64,000 nt of DNA from Gemmatimonadota bacterium (GCA_035513155.1 DATKCO010000034.1:2178-66177); one strand, 5' to 3'; positions 37,118 through 47,260 are shown, numbered from the stretch's first letter. A program made the numbers and translations. The notes: a model not told the origin generated them from the letters alone.

Positions 37118-38245
37118 TCAGCGCGTGCGTTTGAGCGCGGCGCGCTGGGCGCGCGCCTCGACCGCCAGCCGGATCAGGCGGTCGCAGAGCTCCGGGTAGG
37201 GGACGCCCGTCGCCTCCCACAACCTCGGGTACATGCTCATCTGCGTGAAGCCCGGGATCGTGTTGATCTCGTTCAGCCAGATCGAGTCGGACCCGGCCTC
37301 GAGGAAGAAGTCGACCCGCGCCATCCCGCGCGCGTCGATCGCCCGGAAGGCGGCCACCGCCAGCTCCCGCACCCGGGACGCAATCGTCTCCGGGATCTCC
37401 GCCGGGACCACGAGCCGCACCGCGTCGTCGAAGTACTTGTCCTCGTAGTCGTAGAACTCGTGGCCCGGGACCACCTCGCCCACGACCGAGGCGCGAGGGT
37501 CCTCGTTCCCGAGCACCCCGCACTCGAGCTCCCTTCCCACGATCGCCTTCTCGACCAGGATCTTCGCGTCGTAGGTCGCGGCATCCTCGACCGCCGGGCC
37601 CAGCTCCTCCATCGAATGTGCCTTCCCCACCCCGATCGAGGAGCCGCTGTTCGCGGGCTTGACGAAGCAGGGAAAGCCGAGTCGGGCGGCGACCTCGCCT
37701 TTGACTCCTGCGGCGTCCCGCTCCCAATCGCTCCGGCGGAAGACCCGGTACCTGCCCACCGGGAGCCCGGCCGCCGACCACACCGCCTTCGCGATCTCCT
37801 TGTCCATGCCGACGGCGCTGCCGGTGATCCCGGCCCCCACGTACGCCACCCCGGCGAGCTCGAACAAGCCCTGCAGCGCACCGTCCTCGCCGGTCTGGCC
37901 GTGGACCAGGGGAAACAGGACGTCGAGCGGAGGCATGTCGGCCGGCGCCCGCTCGCCCGGCCTGATCAGCCGCCCTCCCCGGCCCGGATCGGCGAGGAGA
38001 GCGACCGTCTCCGTGCTGGGAGGCTCGCCCTCCAGCGCGCCGGCCGCCTCGGCCCGCTCGATCAGGCGCTCCACCGCGTCGGAGGCGACCAGCCAGCGGC
38101 CCTCCTTGGTGATCCCGATCTGGACGATCTCGTACTTCCCGGGATCCAGCGCGCCGAGAACCGAGCGGGCGGACATGAGGCTCACCTCGTGCTCGCTCGA
38201 GCTTCCCCCGAACAGCACCCCCACGCGGAGCTTGCCGGCGCTCAC
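37118..38245 (-). CDS. ddl: D-alanine--D-alanine ligase
   Basis: This is the C-terminal 375 aa of ORF 37118..38671. It has VGVLFGGSSSEHEVS, FPLVHGQTGEDGALQG, FVKPANSGSSIG and LNEINTIPGFT. The GTG start forms a GTGA overlap with the upstream stop. Confidence 0.95.
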   Translation of the reverse strand: MSAGKLRVGVLFGGSSSEHEVSLMSARSVLGALDPGKYEIVQIGITKEGRWLVASDAVERLIERAEAAGALEGEPPSTETVALLADPGRGGRLIRPGERAPADMPPLDVLFPLVHGQTGEDGALQGLFELAGVAYVGAGITGSAVGMDKEIAKAVWSAAGLPVGRYRVFRRSDWERDAAGVKGEVAARLGFPCFVKPANSGSSIGVGKAHSMEELGPAVEDAATYDAKILVEKAIVGRELECGVLGNEDPRASVVGEVVPGHEFYDYEDKYFDDAVRLVVPAEIPETIASRVRELAVAAFRAIDARGMARVDFFLEAGSDSIWLNEINTIPGFTQMSMYPRLWEATGVPYPELCDRLIRLAVEARAQRAALKRTR

Positions 38246-39054
38246 GCGTCCGCCAGCACGGAGAGCAGGAAGCGGTGGGTCTCCGGTCCCCCGGCGGCGA
38301 TCCAGCCGGTCCCCCGGTGGCCCGCCCCGCCCTTCCAGTCGCTCACCCGGCCGCCGGCCTCGAGCACGAGCAGCTCGCCGGCGGCGATGTCCCACGGACT
38401 CAGGCCTGTCTCCCAGAAGCCGTCCACCCGCCCCGCCGCGACGTAGGCGAGGTCCAGCGCGGCCGAGCCGGCCCGCCGCATGTCGCTCGACCGCAGGAAC
38501 AGCTCCCGGAAGGCGCGCAGATACCGGTCGATCTCCGCGGGTCGCCGGAACGGGAAGCCGGTGGCGAGGAGCGGCCCCTCGTCGGCCGCCTCCGCGACCG
38601 TCAGACGCCGGGCATCGGCGGGATCTCCCCGATCCAGCCAGGCGCCGGCGCCGGCGCGCGCGCTGAACCATTCCCCGCGCACCGGATCGACGACGAGCCC
38701 GGCCAGCGGCGTCTCTCCTTCGTAGAGAGCGATCGACACCGCGAACATCGGGAACCCGTGGACGTAGTTGGCGGTGCCGTCGAGCGGATCGACGATCCAG
38801 CGCAGGCCGGAGGTGCCGCTCCGGCCGCCCGACTCCTCGGCAACGATCGCGTGCTCGGGAAACGCCCGCGAGAGCCGCTCGACGATCCGCCGCTCGGACT
38901 CCCGGTCCGCCTCCGTGACCAGGTCGCGCGGGCGCTTGCGCGTCGCCTCCGCTCGCCCGGTCGTCGCCCAGGCCGCGAGCAGCACGTCGACCGCCTCGCC
39001 TGCCGCCTCACGGGCCACCGCCAGGGCCTCCTCGGCATCGCTCGCGTCAGCCAC
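38242..39054 (-). CDS. Inositol monophosphatase family protein (SuhB-like)
   Basis: It has the motifs EESG, WIVDPLDGTANYVHG and WDIAAG. The GTG start overlaps the proS end by 8 nt (GTGGCTGA). Confidence 0.9.
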   Translation of the reverse strand: MADASDAEEALAVAREAAGEAVDVLLAAWATTGRAEATRKRPRDLVTEADRESERRIVERLSRAFPEHAIVAEESGGRSGTSGLRWIVDPLDGTANYVHGFPMFAVSIALYEGETPLAGLVVDPVRGEWFSARAGAGAWLDRGDPADARRLTVAEAADEGPLLATGFPFRRPAEIDRYLRAFRELFLRSSDMRRAGSAALDLAYVAAGRVDGFWETGLSPWDIAAGELLVLEAGGRVSDWKGGAGHRGTGWIAAGGPETHRFLLSVLADA

Positions 39055-40771
39055 CGCCGCGAGCCTCGAGGACGCGAGCGCGGACGTGGGCGATCGCCTC
39101 CTGCGGCGAGAAGCGGGCCGCGTCCTTCCGCGCCCGCCGGCTCGTCACCTCGACGACCCCGTCCTTGAGCCCACGGTCGCCCACGACGATCCGCCACGGG
39201 ACGCCGATCAGATCCGCGTCGGCGAACTTGGAGCCTGCCCGGTCCGCCCGATCGTCGAGCAGCGCTTCGAGGCCCTCCGCGCGGCAATCGTCGTAGATCC
39301 GCTCCGCGACTTCGACGACCTCCGGCGAGTCCATGTTGAGAGGGATAACCTCCACCTCCCAGGGAGCGATCGCGACCGGCCACACGATCCCGTGCTCGTC
39401 GTGGTTCTGCTCGATCGCGGCCGCCACCGTGCGGGTGATCCCGAGCCCGTAGCACCCCATGAGGAACGGGCGCTGCCGGCCCTCCTCGTCGAGGAACGTG
39501 GCGCCCATCACCTCGCTGTACTTCGTGCCGAGCTTGAAGATGTGGCCCACCTCGATGCCGCGGGTCCCGTCGAGCGGCGCCCCGCACCGCGGACACGGAT
39601 CGCCTCCTACCAGGCGCACGGCGTCGATCCAGGCGTCGGGCTCGACGTCCCGTCCGATCTCGAGCCCGGTGACGTGGAAACCGGTCCGGTTCGCCCCGGC
39701 GACGAGGTTTCCGCGCCCGGCCAGGGAGTAGTCGGCGACGACGCGAACCTCTGGCGGCAATCCGTGCGGCCCCGCGAATCCGACCTCCGCGCCCGTGATC
39801 TCGCACACCCGGGCCGGCCCGGTCATCTCGACCCTGTCGACCCCCAGCGCCCGCCCGAGCTTCTCCTCCTCGACCTCGCGGTCGCCGCGGACGAGGACCG
39901 CGACCGTCTCCCCCGCCGCCTGGAACAACAGCGTCTTGACGAACTCCGCGGGCGCGCGTCCGAGCAGCTCCGACACCTCCTCGACCGTCGTCCGGCCCGG
40001 GGTCTCCACCTCCGCCAGCGGCTGGGCGGAGTTCCCCGCCTCGTGCTGCGAGGGAACCGCCTCGGCACGCCCGGACGAGGCGGCGTAGCCGCACGACCCG
40101 CAGCTGAACACCAGGCTCTCGCCGGTCTCGGCGAGCACCATGAACTCGTGGTTCTCCTCGCCGCCGATCTCTCCCGACGAGGCCTCGACGTCGCGGAACG
40201 CGAGGCCGCACCGCTCGAACACCCGGCCGTATGCGTCGTGAAAGTCGCGGTAGGTGGCGTCGACCGACGCCTCGTCGGCATGGAACGAGTAGGCGTCCTT
40301 CATCGTGAACTCGCGGCCGCGCATGACCCCGAACCGCGGGCGGATCTCGTCGCGGAACTTGGTCTGGATCTGGTACAGGGAGAGCGGCAGCTGGCGGTAG
40401 GAGCGCACCTCGCTCCGCACGAGGTCGGTCACGATCTCCTCGTGCGTGGGCCCGAGGGCGTACTCACGGCCGTGACGGTCTTCGAGCCGCATCATGAGCG
40501 GCCCGTAGAGATCCCAGCGGCCGGTCTCGCGCCACAGCTCGGCCGGCAGCAGGATCGGCAGCAGGAGCTCGATCGCCCCGATCCGGGCGAGCTCCTCGCG
40601 GACGATCGCCTCGACCTTGAGGATCACCCGCCGGCAGAGCGGCAGATAGGTGTAGACCCCGCGGGCGAGCGGGCGCAGCATCCCCGCGCGCACCATGAGC
40701 CGGTGGCTCGCGACCTCGGCGTCGGCGGGATCCTCCTTGAGGGTCGGGATGAAGGCTCGGGTCCAGCGCAT
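39047..40771 (-). CDS. proS: Prolyl-tRNA synthetase (bacterial type with insertion/editing domain)
   Basis: It has MRWTRAFIPTLKEDPADAEVASHRLMVRAG, class II motifs (FRDEIRPRFGVMRGREF, GCYGLGITR) and a C-terminal anticodon-binding domain. Confidence 0.95.
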   Translation of the reverse strand: MRWTRAFIPTLKEDPADAEVASHRLMVRAGMLRPLARGVYTYLPLCRRVILKVEAIVREELARIGAIELLLPILLPAELWRETGRWDLYGPLMMRLEDRHGREYALGPTHEEIVTDLVRSEVRSYRQLPLSLYQIQTKFRDEIRPRFGVMRGREFTMKDAYSFHADEASVDATYRDFHDAYGRVFERCGLAFRDVEASSGEIGGEENHEFMVLAETGESLVFSCGSCGYAASSGRAEAVPSQHEAGNSAQPLAEVETPGRTTVEEVSELLGRAPAEFVKTLLFQAAGETVAVLVRGDREVEEEKLGRALGVDRVEMTGPARVCEITGAEVGFAGPHGLPPEVRVVADYSLAGRGNLVAGANRTGFHVTGLEIGRDVEPDAWIDAVRLVGGDPCPRCGAPLDGTRGIEVGHIFKLGTKYSEVMGATFLDEEGRQRPFLMGCYGLGITRTVAAAIEQNHDEHGIVWPVAIAPWEVEVIPLNMDSPEVVEVAERIYDDCRAEGLEALLDDRADRAGSKFADADLIGVPWRIVVGDRGLKDGVVEVTSRRARKDAARFSPQEAIAHVRARVLEARGGG

Positions 40772-40850
40772 GGGGCCGGAATGTAGGGGAGGCGCGGGGA
40801 GGGGTGCTACCCGGCCGCGCGGTCGAGGCCGACCTCATCCCCGGCGGAAG

Positions 40851-41996
40851 TCACTCTCCTCCCGCATACGCGATCCGGTAGACGACGCCGTTTTCGTCGT
40901 CGGAGACGAGCAGCGCGCCGTCCGGCATGACGAGGACGTCGACGGGTCGGCCCCAGTCGTCCTCCCCTTGCAGCCACCCTTCCGCGAACGGCTCGTACGA
41001 CACCGCCTCGTCGTTCTCGATCCCGACGCGCATCACGCGGTAGCCGATCTTCTCGCTCCGGTTCCACGAGCCGTGCTCGGCGATGAAGAGATCCCCCCGG
41101 TACTCCGCCGGGAACATCTCCCCGTCGTAGAACCGGATCCCCAGCGCGGCGACGTGCGGGCCGAGCTTCCGGGCCGGTGGCACGAACTCCGAGCACGGCC
41201 GGCGATCCCCGTACTCGGGATCCGGAATGTCGCCCCCGTGACAGAAGGGGTAGCCGTAGTGGCGTCCGAGCTCGGGGACGCGGTTCAGCTCGTCCGGGGG
41301 CACGTCGTCCCCCATCCGGTCGCGGCCGTTGTCCGTGAACCAGAGGACTCTGGTGGCGGGATTCCAGTCGAACCCGACGGAGTTCCGCACCCCCTCCGCG
41401 ACGATCTCCCGCTCCGAGCCGTCGGGACGGATGCGGGTGATCGTGGCGAAGATCGGATCCTCCGACAGGCAGATGTTGCACGGCGCACCGACCGGGACGT
41501 AGAGCCACTCCTGGTCCGGATCGAAGCGGATGAACTTCCAGCCGTGGCTGCGCTCGGTCGGATAGTCGTCCCGGATGACGACGGGATCCGGCGGGTTCTC
41601 CAGCCGGTCGTCGATGTCGTCGTACCGGAGGATCCGGCTCACCTCGGCCACGTAGAGCGACCCGTCACGCCACGCGACGCCGTTCGGCGCCCGCAGCCCC
41701 TCGTCCACCACGTGGACCCGGTCGGCCACCTGGTCGCCGTCGGTGTCGACGACCGCGTGGACCTTGTCCCCCTCGCGCGAGCCCACGTAGAGGACGCCGG
41801 CCGGCGAGAGCGTCAGCGAGCGGGCGTTCGGCACGTCGGCCGCGTAGACCGAGATCGAGAATCCCGGGGGCAGGCGGATCGATTCGAGCGGCAGGTCGGT
41901 ACGCGCGCCCGTCGGACCGCCTCGCTCCTGCGCTCCCGCGCAGCCGGGGAGCAGGAAGAGGGAGAGCGCGAGGAGCGGGAGCGTTCGCAGCGTCAT
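40851..41996 (-). CDS. PQQ-dependent sugar (sorbosone/glucose) dehydrogenase family lipoprotein
   Basis: It has the lipobox LLPGCAG and beta-propeller family motifs (RAPNGVAWRDGSLYVAE, GVRNSVGFDWNP, LWFTDNGRD, YGYPFCHG). Confidence 0.85.
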   Translation of the reverse strand: MTLRTLPLLALSLFLLPGCAGAQERGGPTGARTDLPLESIRLPPGFSISVYAADVPNARSLTLSPAGVLYVGSREGDKVHAVVDTDGDQVADRVHVVDEGLRAPNGVAWRDGSLYVAEVSRILRYDDIDDRLENPPDPVVIRDDYPTERSHGWKFIRFDPDQEWLYVPVGAPCNICLSEDPIFATITRIRPDGSEREIVAEGVRNSVGFDWNPATRVLWFTDNGRDRMGDDVPPDELNRVPELGRHYGYPFCHGGDIPDPEYGDRRPCSEFVPPARKLGPHVAALGIRFYDGEMFPAEYRGDLFIAEHGSWNRSEKIGYRVMRVGIENDEAVSYEPFAEGWLQGEDDWGRPVDVLVMPDGALLVSDDENGVVYRIAYAGGE

Positions 41997-42012
41997 CGGG
42001 GATCTCCTATCT

Positions 42013-43404
42013 TTACGAGGTCGGTCCGAGCAGGTCGTCGAGACGCGCGGCCACCCGCTCGTCGTCCCCGGGGAGGAGGGTCCGCACGTCGATCCACACC
42101 GCCTCGTCGGTTACCCGCGCGACGATCGGAGGATCCCCTTCGCGGAGCCCCGCCTCGAGCCGCGACGCCGAGCCGGGAGCCTCCACGCGGACCGCCCAGC
42201 CGGGGAGCGGGACCTCGGGCAGCGTTCCCCCGCCAGCCCGGCCGTCGTGCGGAGCGACGCGGCATCGCTGCCGCGCCGCCGGCCCGAGCCGCGCGAGCAG
42301 GGCCTCGGCCCGCCGCTCGAGAGCCGCCGTGTCGGCCGCGACCATCGCCCGAACCGGCACAGCCTCGGGATCGCCGAGCCACAGCCGAAGCGTGGCCTCG
42401 AGTGCCGCGAGCGTCATCTTGTCGACGCGGAGCGCCCGCAGGAGCGGATTCTCCCGCAGCCTCCCGACCCACTCCGCGCGGCCGCACACGATCCCCGCCT
42501 GAGGGCCGCCCAGCAGCTTGTCCCCGCTGGCGCAGACGATCGCCGCTCCGGCGTCGATCGCCGCGCGGAGGGTCGGCTCCGCCGGAGCGGCGGAAAGCGC
42601 GTCGACGATCCCCGTCCCCTGGTCGAAGACGACGGGGACCCCGTGCTCCTCTCCCATCCGGCACAGCTCCTCCAGACCGACCTCGGCGACGAAGCCGGCC
42701 TGCGAGAAATTGGAGCGGTGGACCTTCAGGATCGCCCGCACGTCGCCGCCCTCGATCGCCTTCCGATAGTCGGCGGGGTGGGTCTTGTTCGTGGCTCCGA
42801 CCTCGACCAGGCGGGCGCGTCCTCGGGCCACGATCTCGTGGATCCGGAAGCCGCCGCCGATCTCGATCAGCTCGCCCCGGGAGACGACGACCGCGCCGCC
42901 GGCCGCCAGCGTGTCGACCGCCAGCAGGAGCGCCGCCGCGTTGTTGTTGACGACGAGCGCCGCCTCCGCGCCCGTCAGGAGCCGCAGGAGCCCGCCAGCG
43001 TGGACGTACCGCGACCCCCGCTCGCCCCGCTCCAGGTCGTACTCCAGCGGGGTGTACCGGGCGCCCGCGGTCACTGCGGCCTCGATCGCCTCGGGCGCGA
43101 GCGGCGCGCGGCCCAGGTTCGTGTGGACGACGACGCCGGTGGCGTTGACGACCGGCCTCAGCGCCGGCCGTGTCAGCCGCCGGACCTCGGACTCCCACTG
43201 CGCGAGCACCGCGCGCTCGACCTCCTCGCGTGAGGCGAATCCGCCTCCGTCCTCCCTCAGCGCGGCACGGACGGCCTCGAGAGCGCGCTCGAGGCCGACT
43301 CGCTCGAGGCGTTCGCCCGCCACGAGAGCCCGCACCTCGGCCGGCACCCGCTCGAGACAGTCGTGGACGGCGGGCAGCCAGCGCGGTCCGGCGGGGCCGC
43401 TCAT
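42013..43404 (-). CDS. selA: L-seryl-tRNA(Sec) selenium transferase
   Basis: This is the C-terminal 463 aa of ORF 42013..43728. It has VVNATGVVVHTNLGRAP, VNNNAAALLL and the PLP-lysine motif SGDKLLGGPQAGI. The ATG forms an ATGA overlap with the upstream stop. Confidence 0.9.
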   Translation of the reverse strand: MSGPAGPRWLPAVHDCLERVPAEVRALVAGERLERVGLERALEAVRAALREDGGGFASREEVERAVLAQWESEVRRLTRPALRPVVNATGVVVHTNLGRAPLAPEAIEAAVTAGARYTPLEYDLERGERGSRYVHAGGLLRLLTGAEAALVVNNNAAALLLAVDTLAAGGAVVVSRGELIEIGGGFRIHEIVARGRARLVEVGATNKTHPADYRKAIEGGDVRAILKVHRSNFSQAGFVAEVGLEELCRMGEEHGVPVVFDQGTGIVDALSAAPAEPTLRAAIDAGAAIVCASGDKLLGGPQAGIVCGRAEWVGRLRENPLLRALRVDKMTLAALEATLRLWLGDPEAVPVRAMVAADTAALERRAEALLARLGPAARQRCRVAPHDGRAGGGTLPEVPLPGWAVRVEAPGSASRLEAGLREGDPPIVARVTDEAVWIDVRTLLPGDDERVAARLDDLLGPTS

Positions 43405-44585
43405 CCGCCTCCCTCCGGGGTCCCGTCCTCGGGCGCGTCCTCCTCGCCCGGCCACGGAATCCGCTCCGACGGCCACACGGCCGGGCCCTCGTACCGCGGG
43501 CGGAACGTTCGTCCGCCTTCCGGCGTCGCCGCCAGGCCGCTCGCGTTCTCGAGATCGAGCTCGATCCGGTAGGCGCGGTCGCGGAAGAGCGGCTCGGCCG
43601 GCACGACCCGCAACCCGCGCGGCCCCTCCGCCTCTACCGCCGAGATCGCGATCCGCCGCCCGCGCAGCCGGCCGGGGTCGATCGAATCCAGCGGCACGGT
43701 GGCGGAAACTCCCTCGTCGGCCTGCCACAGCCGGACCGACGGCGGCCCGATCTCCCGGTCGGTCGCCAGCGCGTCGTCCAGCGTCACGCGAAGCGTGCGC
43801 GACTCGGGTGTCTCCACCGACACCACGAGCGGTGGGGTCGTGTCGACGACCGCGATCCGATATGTCGCCTCATGGGCGCGGCGATCGATCGACAGCTCGA
43901 ACGTGTCACGGGCTCCCGGCTCCTCCGTCATCTGCCACCCCGGGGGGCGGGTGCGCTCGAGCCACGCGGTGGCCGCGTAGCGGCCGTAGGCCACCCCTTC
44001 CATCTCCACCCGACCCTGAGAGTCGGCGACCGTCGAGTAGTCGAGGTCGTGGTCCAGCGCCTCGAGCCGGTAGCGGGCGAGGGCCGCCGGCACGCTGTCC
44101 TGAAGGATCGACGCGCGCACGATCGAGAGCGTGAGCGGCGTCTCTCCTCCGATCGAGAACAGGATCGTCCGCGGACGGGTCGTCCGGTTCCCCCCGCGGT
44201 CCGCCAGCCCCGGCAGAATGGTTACCATGTACGTCACGCCGTCCACCATCGGGCTCTGCGGCGACAGCGTGATCGTCTCGCCATCCAGACGGATGTCGAA
44301 CTTCGGCGTCTCGGGGTTCACGAGGATGAGCTGGGGCAGCTCCTGCTGGACGCGCGGTCCGAGCGGCTCGTCGAAACGGAGCCGGATCGCCTGGTCCGGA
44401 GCGGCGTTGACCGCGCGATCGGCGGGCTCACTCTCCACCAGTACGGGGGGATTCGTGTCCTCGGGTCCGCCGGGGGGAAACCCCTCGCTCGCGCAGGCGG
44501 CGAGCGCGATCGCGGCGATCGCGACCCACGCGCCCCGAGGACGGGCCAGGATCCGCCCGCGGTCGCGGCCCGGGGCTCGGATCAG
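43401..44585 (-). CDS. Lipoprotein with SbsA-Ig/Big_5-like domains
   Basis: This is the C-terminal part of ORF 43401..45152. It has the lipobox IALAAC, followed by NPPVLVESEPADRAVNAAPDQAIRLRFDEPL and a second TTPPLVVSVETPESRTLRVTLDDAL repeat. There is no in-frame ATG, GTG or TTG between the valS stop and the lipobox. CTG 44585 (CTGA overlap) is the only near-cognate candidate. Confidence 0.65.
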   Translation of the reverse strand: MIRAPGRDRGRILARPRGAWVAIAAIALAACASEGFPPGGPEDTNPPVLVESEPADRAVNAAPDQAIRLRFDEPLGPRVQQELPQLILVNPETPKFDIRLDGETITLSPQSPMVDGVTYMVTILPGLADRGGNRTTRPRTILFSIGGETPLTLSIVRASILQDSVPAALARYRLEALDHDLDYSTVADSQGRVEMEGVAYGRYAATAWLERTRPPGWQMTEEPGARDTFELSIDRRAHEATYRIAVVDTTPPLVVSVETPESRTLRVTLDDALATDREIGPPSVRLWQADEGVSATVPLDSIDPGRLRGRRIAISAVEAEGPRGLRVVPAEPLFRDRAYRIELDLENASGLAATPEGGRTFRPRYEGPAVWPSERIPWPGEEDAPEDGTPEGGG

Positions 44586-47260
44586 TGACCCTCGAGGCTC
44601 GCCCGGAGCTCGCCCAACCGCTCGAGGGAGCGCTCGAGGTCGGCTGCCTTCTCGCGCTCCCGCTCGACGACGGCCGCCGGTGCCCGCGCCACGAACCGCT
44701 CGTCGGCGAGCTTGCCGCGCGCGGCACCCAGCAGCCCCTCCAGGTTCTCGATCTCGCTCCCCAGCCGTTCGCGCTCCCGCTCGACATCCACCAGGTCCGC
44801 CAGGCGGACCGCCACCTCGACCCCGCTCCTCACGACCTCTCCGGCGATCCCGTCGCCGCGCGGCGCGTCCGCCACGATCCGCGTCTCGCTGGCCGAGGAC
44901 AGCCGGGCGATGTCGCCGGCGTACCGCTCGAGGGTCGCGCGGTCGGCCGCGGTCTCCGCTGCGACCGTCATCGGCGCGCGGCGTCCCGGCGGGACGTCGT
45001 ACCGCGCGCGCAACGCGCGTGCCGCGCCGATCACGTCCTGGAGCAGCGCCATCGCCTCGGCCTCCTGGGGGAACGACCAGCCGCCCGGGTCCGGCCACGG
45101 CGCGACCATGATCGAATCCGCCTCCCGCAGCGCGTCCGGGAGCTGCTGCCACAGCTCCTCGGTGACGAACGGCATGAACGGATGCAGGAGCCTCAGGCTA
45201 CGCTCGAGCGCGATCAGCAGCACGCTCCGGACCCGGTCCCCGGCCGGACCGTCGAGGCGCGGCTTGGACCACTCGATGTACCAATCGCAGTAGTCGTGCC
45301 AGAGGAACTCGTAGACGGCCTGCACCGCCTCGTTCATGCGGAACGCGGCCAGCGCCCCCTCGACCCTCCTGGTCGTCTCGTCCAGCCGATGGAGGATCCA
45401 GCGGTCCGGCTCCTCGAGGTCGGTGATCGCCGGCGCCTCCGGGCGGAAGCCCGCGGGCAGGTTCATCAGCGCGAAGCGCGCGGCGTTCCACAGCTTGTTG
45501 GCGAAGTTCCGCCCCTGCTTGAAGTCCTCGGGGGCGAGGTGGATGTCGGTTCCCGTGGGGGCGCTCGCCACCAGCGTGAACCTGAGCGCGTCCGCCCCGT
45601 GCTCGTCGATCACCTCGCGCGGGTCGATCCCGTTCCCCAGCGACTTCGACATCCGGCGGCCCTGGGCGTCGCGCACGGTCCCATTGATGATCACGTCGTC
45701 GAACGGGCACTCGCCCATGCAGTAGTAGCCGGCCATCACCATGCGGGCGACCCAGAAGAACAGGATCTCCGAGGCCGTCACGAGCGTGTTCGTCGGATAG
45801 AAGGTCGCCAGGTCCTCGGTCTCTTCGGGCCACCCCAGCGTCGAGAACGGCCACAGCCAGGACGAGAACCACGTATCGAGGACGTCCGGGTCCTGCTCGA
45901 GCTCCTCCGAACCGCACTCCAGGCAGTGGTCGGGATCCTCGCGGGCGGCGAACGCGTGCCCGCTCGCGCACGTCCAGACCGGAATCCGGTGCCCCCACCA
46001 GATCTGCCGCGAGATGCACCAGTCGCGCACGTTCTCGAGCCAGTGCGCGTAGACCTTCTCCCAGCGCGCCGGCGTGATCGACAGCCGCCCGGAGCGCAGG
46101 GCTTCGAGGGCGGGACCGGCCAGCGGCTCCATCCGGACGAACCACTGGTCGCTGAGATACGGCTCGACCACCGTGTCGCAGCGATAGCAGCGGCCCACGG
46201 CGTGGGTGATCTCCTCGACCCCGACCAGCGCCCCCTCGGCCTCCAGCGCCTCGAGCACGGCATCGCGCGCCGCGTAGCGGTCGAGCCCGGCGAACGCGCC
46301 CGCCGCCTCGCTCATCGTCGCGTCGGGGTCGAGCACGTTGACCCGCTCGAGACCGTGGCGCTCGCCGATCCAGAAGTCGTTCGGGTCGTGGGCCGGCGTG
46401 ACCTTGACCGCGCCGGTGCCGTACTCCGGGTCGACGTACGCGTCGGCCACGATCGGAAGCCTGCGGCCGACCAGCGGCAGGATCGCGGCGCGACCGACGA
46501 GGTCGCGGTACCGGTCGTCGTCGGGATGGACCGCGATCCCGGTGTCGCCCAGCATCGTCTCCGGCCGCGTGGTCGCGACCTCGACGAACCCGGAGCCGTC
46601 CTCGAGCGGGTAGCGGACGCGATAGAGCCGGCCGGTCTGCTCGTGCTTCTCCGCCTCCTCGTCGGACAAGGCGGTCCCGCAGCGGGGGCACCAGTTGATG
46701 ATGTACTGGCCGCGATAGATGAGGCCGTCGTCGAACAGGCGCACGAACACTTCGCGCACCGCGCGCGAGAGTCCCTCGTCCATCGTGAAGCGGGCACGAT
46801 CCCAGTCGCACGACATGCCGAGCCGCATGAGCTGATCGTAGATCTCGTCGCCGTACTTCTCTCTCCACGCCCAGACCCGCTGCAGGAACGACTCGCGCCC
46901 GAGGTCCTGCCGCGTCTTCCCCTCGTCGGCGAGCTGCCGCTCGACCACGTTCTGGGTGGCGATCCCCGCGTGGTCGGTCCCGGGCAGGTAGAGGGCGCGC
47001 CGGCCCCGCATCCGCTCGCGCCGGATCAGGACGTCCTGCAGCGTGTTGTTGAGCGCGTGACCCATGTGCAGCACGCCTGTCACGTTGGGGGGCGGGATGA
47101 CGATCGTGTAGGGCTCGGGACCCGGGCCGGGCTCCGGATGGAAATACCCCCGCTCCCGCCACACGGCGTAGCGGCGCAACTCCAGCGCCGAGGGGTTGTA
47201 TCGCGGCGGCAGCGCGGCGGTGCCGTCGGGGGCGGCGCGTCGGGCTTCGGTCTCGGGCAT
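44582..47260 (-). CDS. valS: Valyl-tRNA synthetase
   Basis: It has the HIGH motif (PPPNVTGVLHMGHA), the KMSKS motif (RMSKSLGN), an editing domain and a C-terminal coiled coil. Confidence 0.97.
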   Translation of the reverse strand: MPETEARRAAPDGTAALPPRYNPSALELRRYAVWRERGYFHPEPGPGPEPYTIVIPPPNVTGVLHMGHALNNTLQDVLIRRERMRGRRALYLPGTDHAGIATQNVVERQLADEGKTRQDLGRESFLQRVWAWREKYGDEIYDQLMRLGMSCDWDRARFTMDEGLSRAVREVFVRLFDDGLIYRGQYIINWCPRCGTALSDEEAEKHEQTGRLYRVRYPLEDGSGFVEVATTRPETMLGDTGIAVHPDDDRYRDLVGRAAILPLVGRRLPIVADAYVDPEYGTGAVKVTPAHDPNDFWIGERHGLERVNVLDPDATMSEAAGAFAGLDRYAARDAVLEALEAEGALVGVEEITHAVGRCYRCDTVVEPYLSDQWFVRMEPLAGPALEALRSGRLSITPARWEKVYAHWLENVRDWCISRQIWWGHRIPVWTCASGHAFAAREDPDHCLECGSEELEQDPDVLDTWFSSWLWPFSTLGWPEETEDLATFYPTNTLVTASEILFFWVARMVMAGYYCMGECPFDDVIINGTVRDAQGRRMSKSLGNGIDPREVIDEHGADALRFTLVASAPTGTDIHLAPEDFKQGRNFANKLWNAARFALMNLPAGFRPEAPAITDLEEPDRWILHRLDETTRRVEGALAAFRMNEAVQAVYEFLWHDYCDWYIEWSKPRLDGPAGDRVRSVLLIALERSLRLLHPFMPFVTEELWQQLPDALREADSIMVAPWPDPGGWSFPQEAEAMALLQDVIGAARALRARYDVPPGRRAPMTVAAETAADRATLERYAGDIARLSSASETRIVADAPRGDGIAGEVVRSGVEVAVRLADLVDVERERERLGSEIENLEGLLGAARGKLADERFVARAPAAVVEREREKAADLERSLERLGELRASLEGH

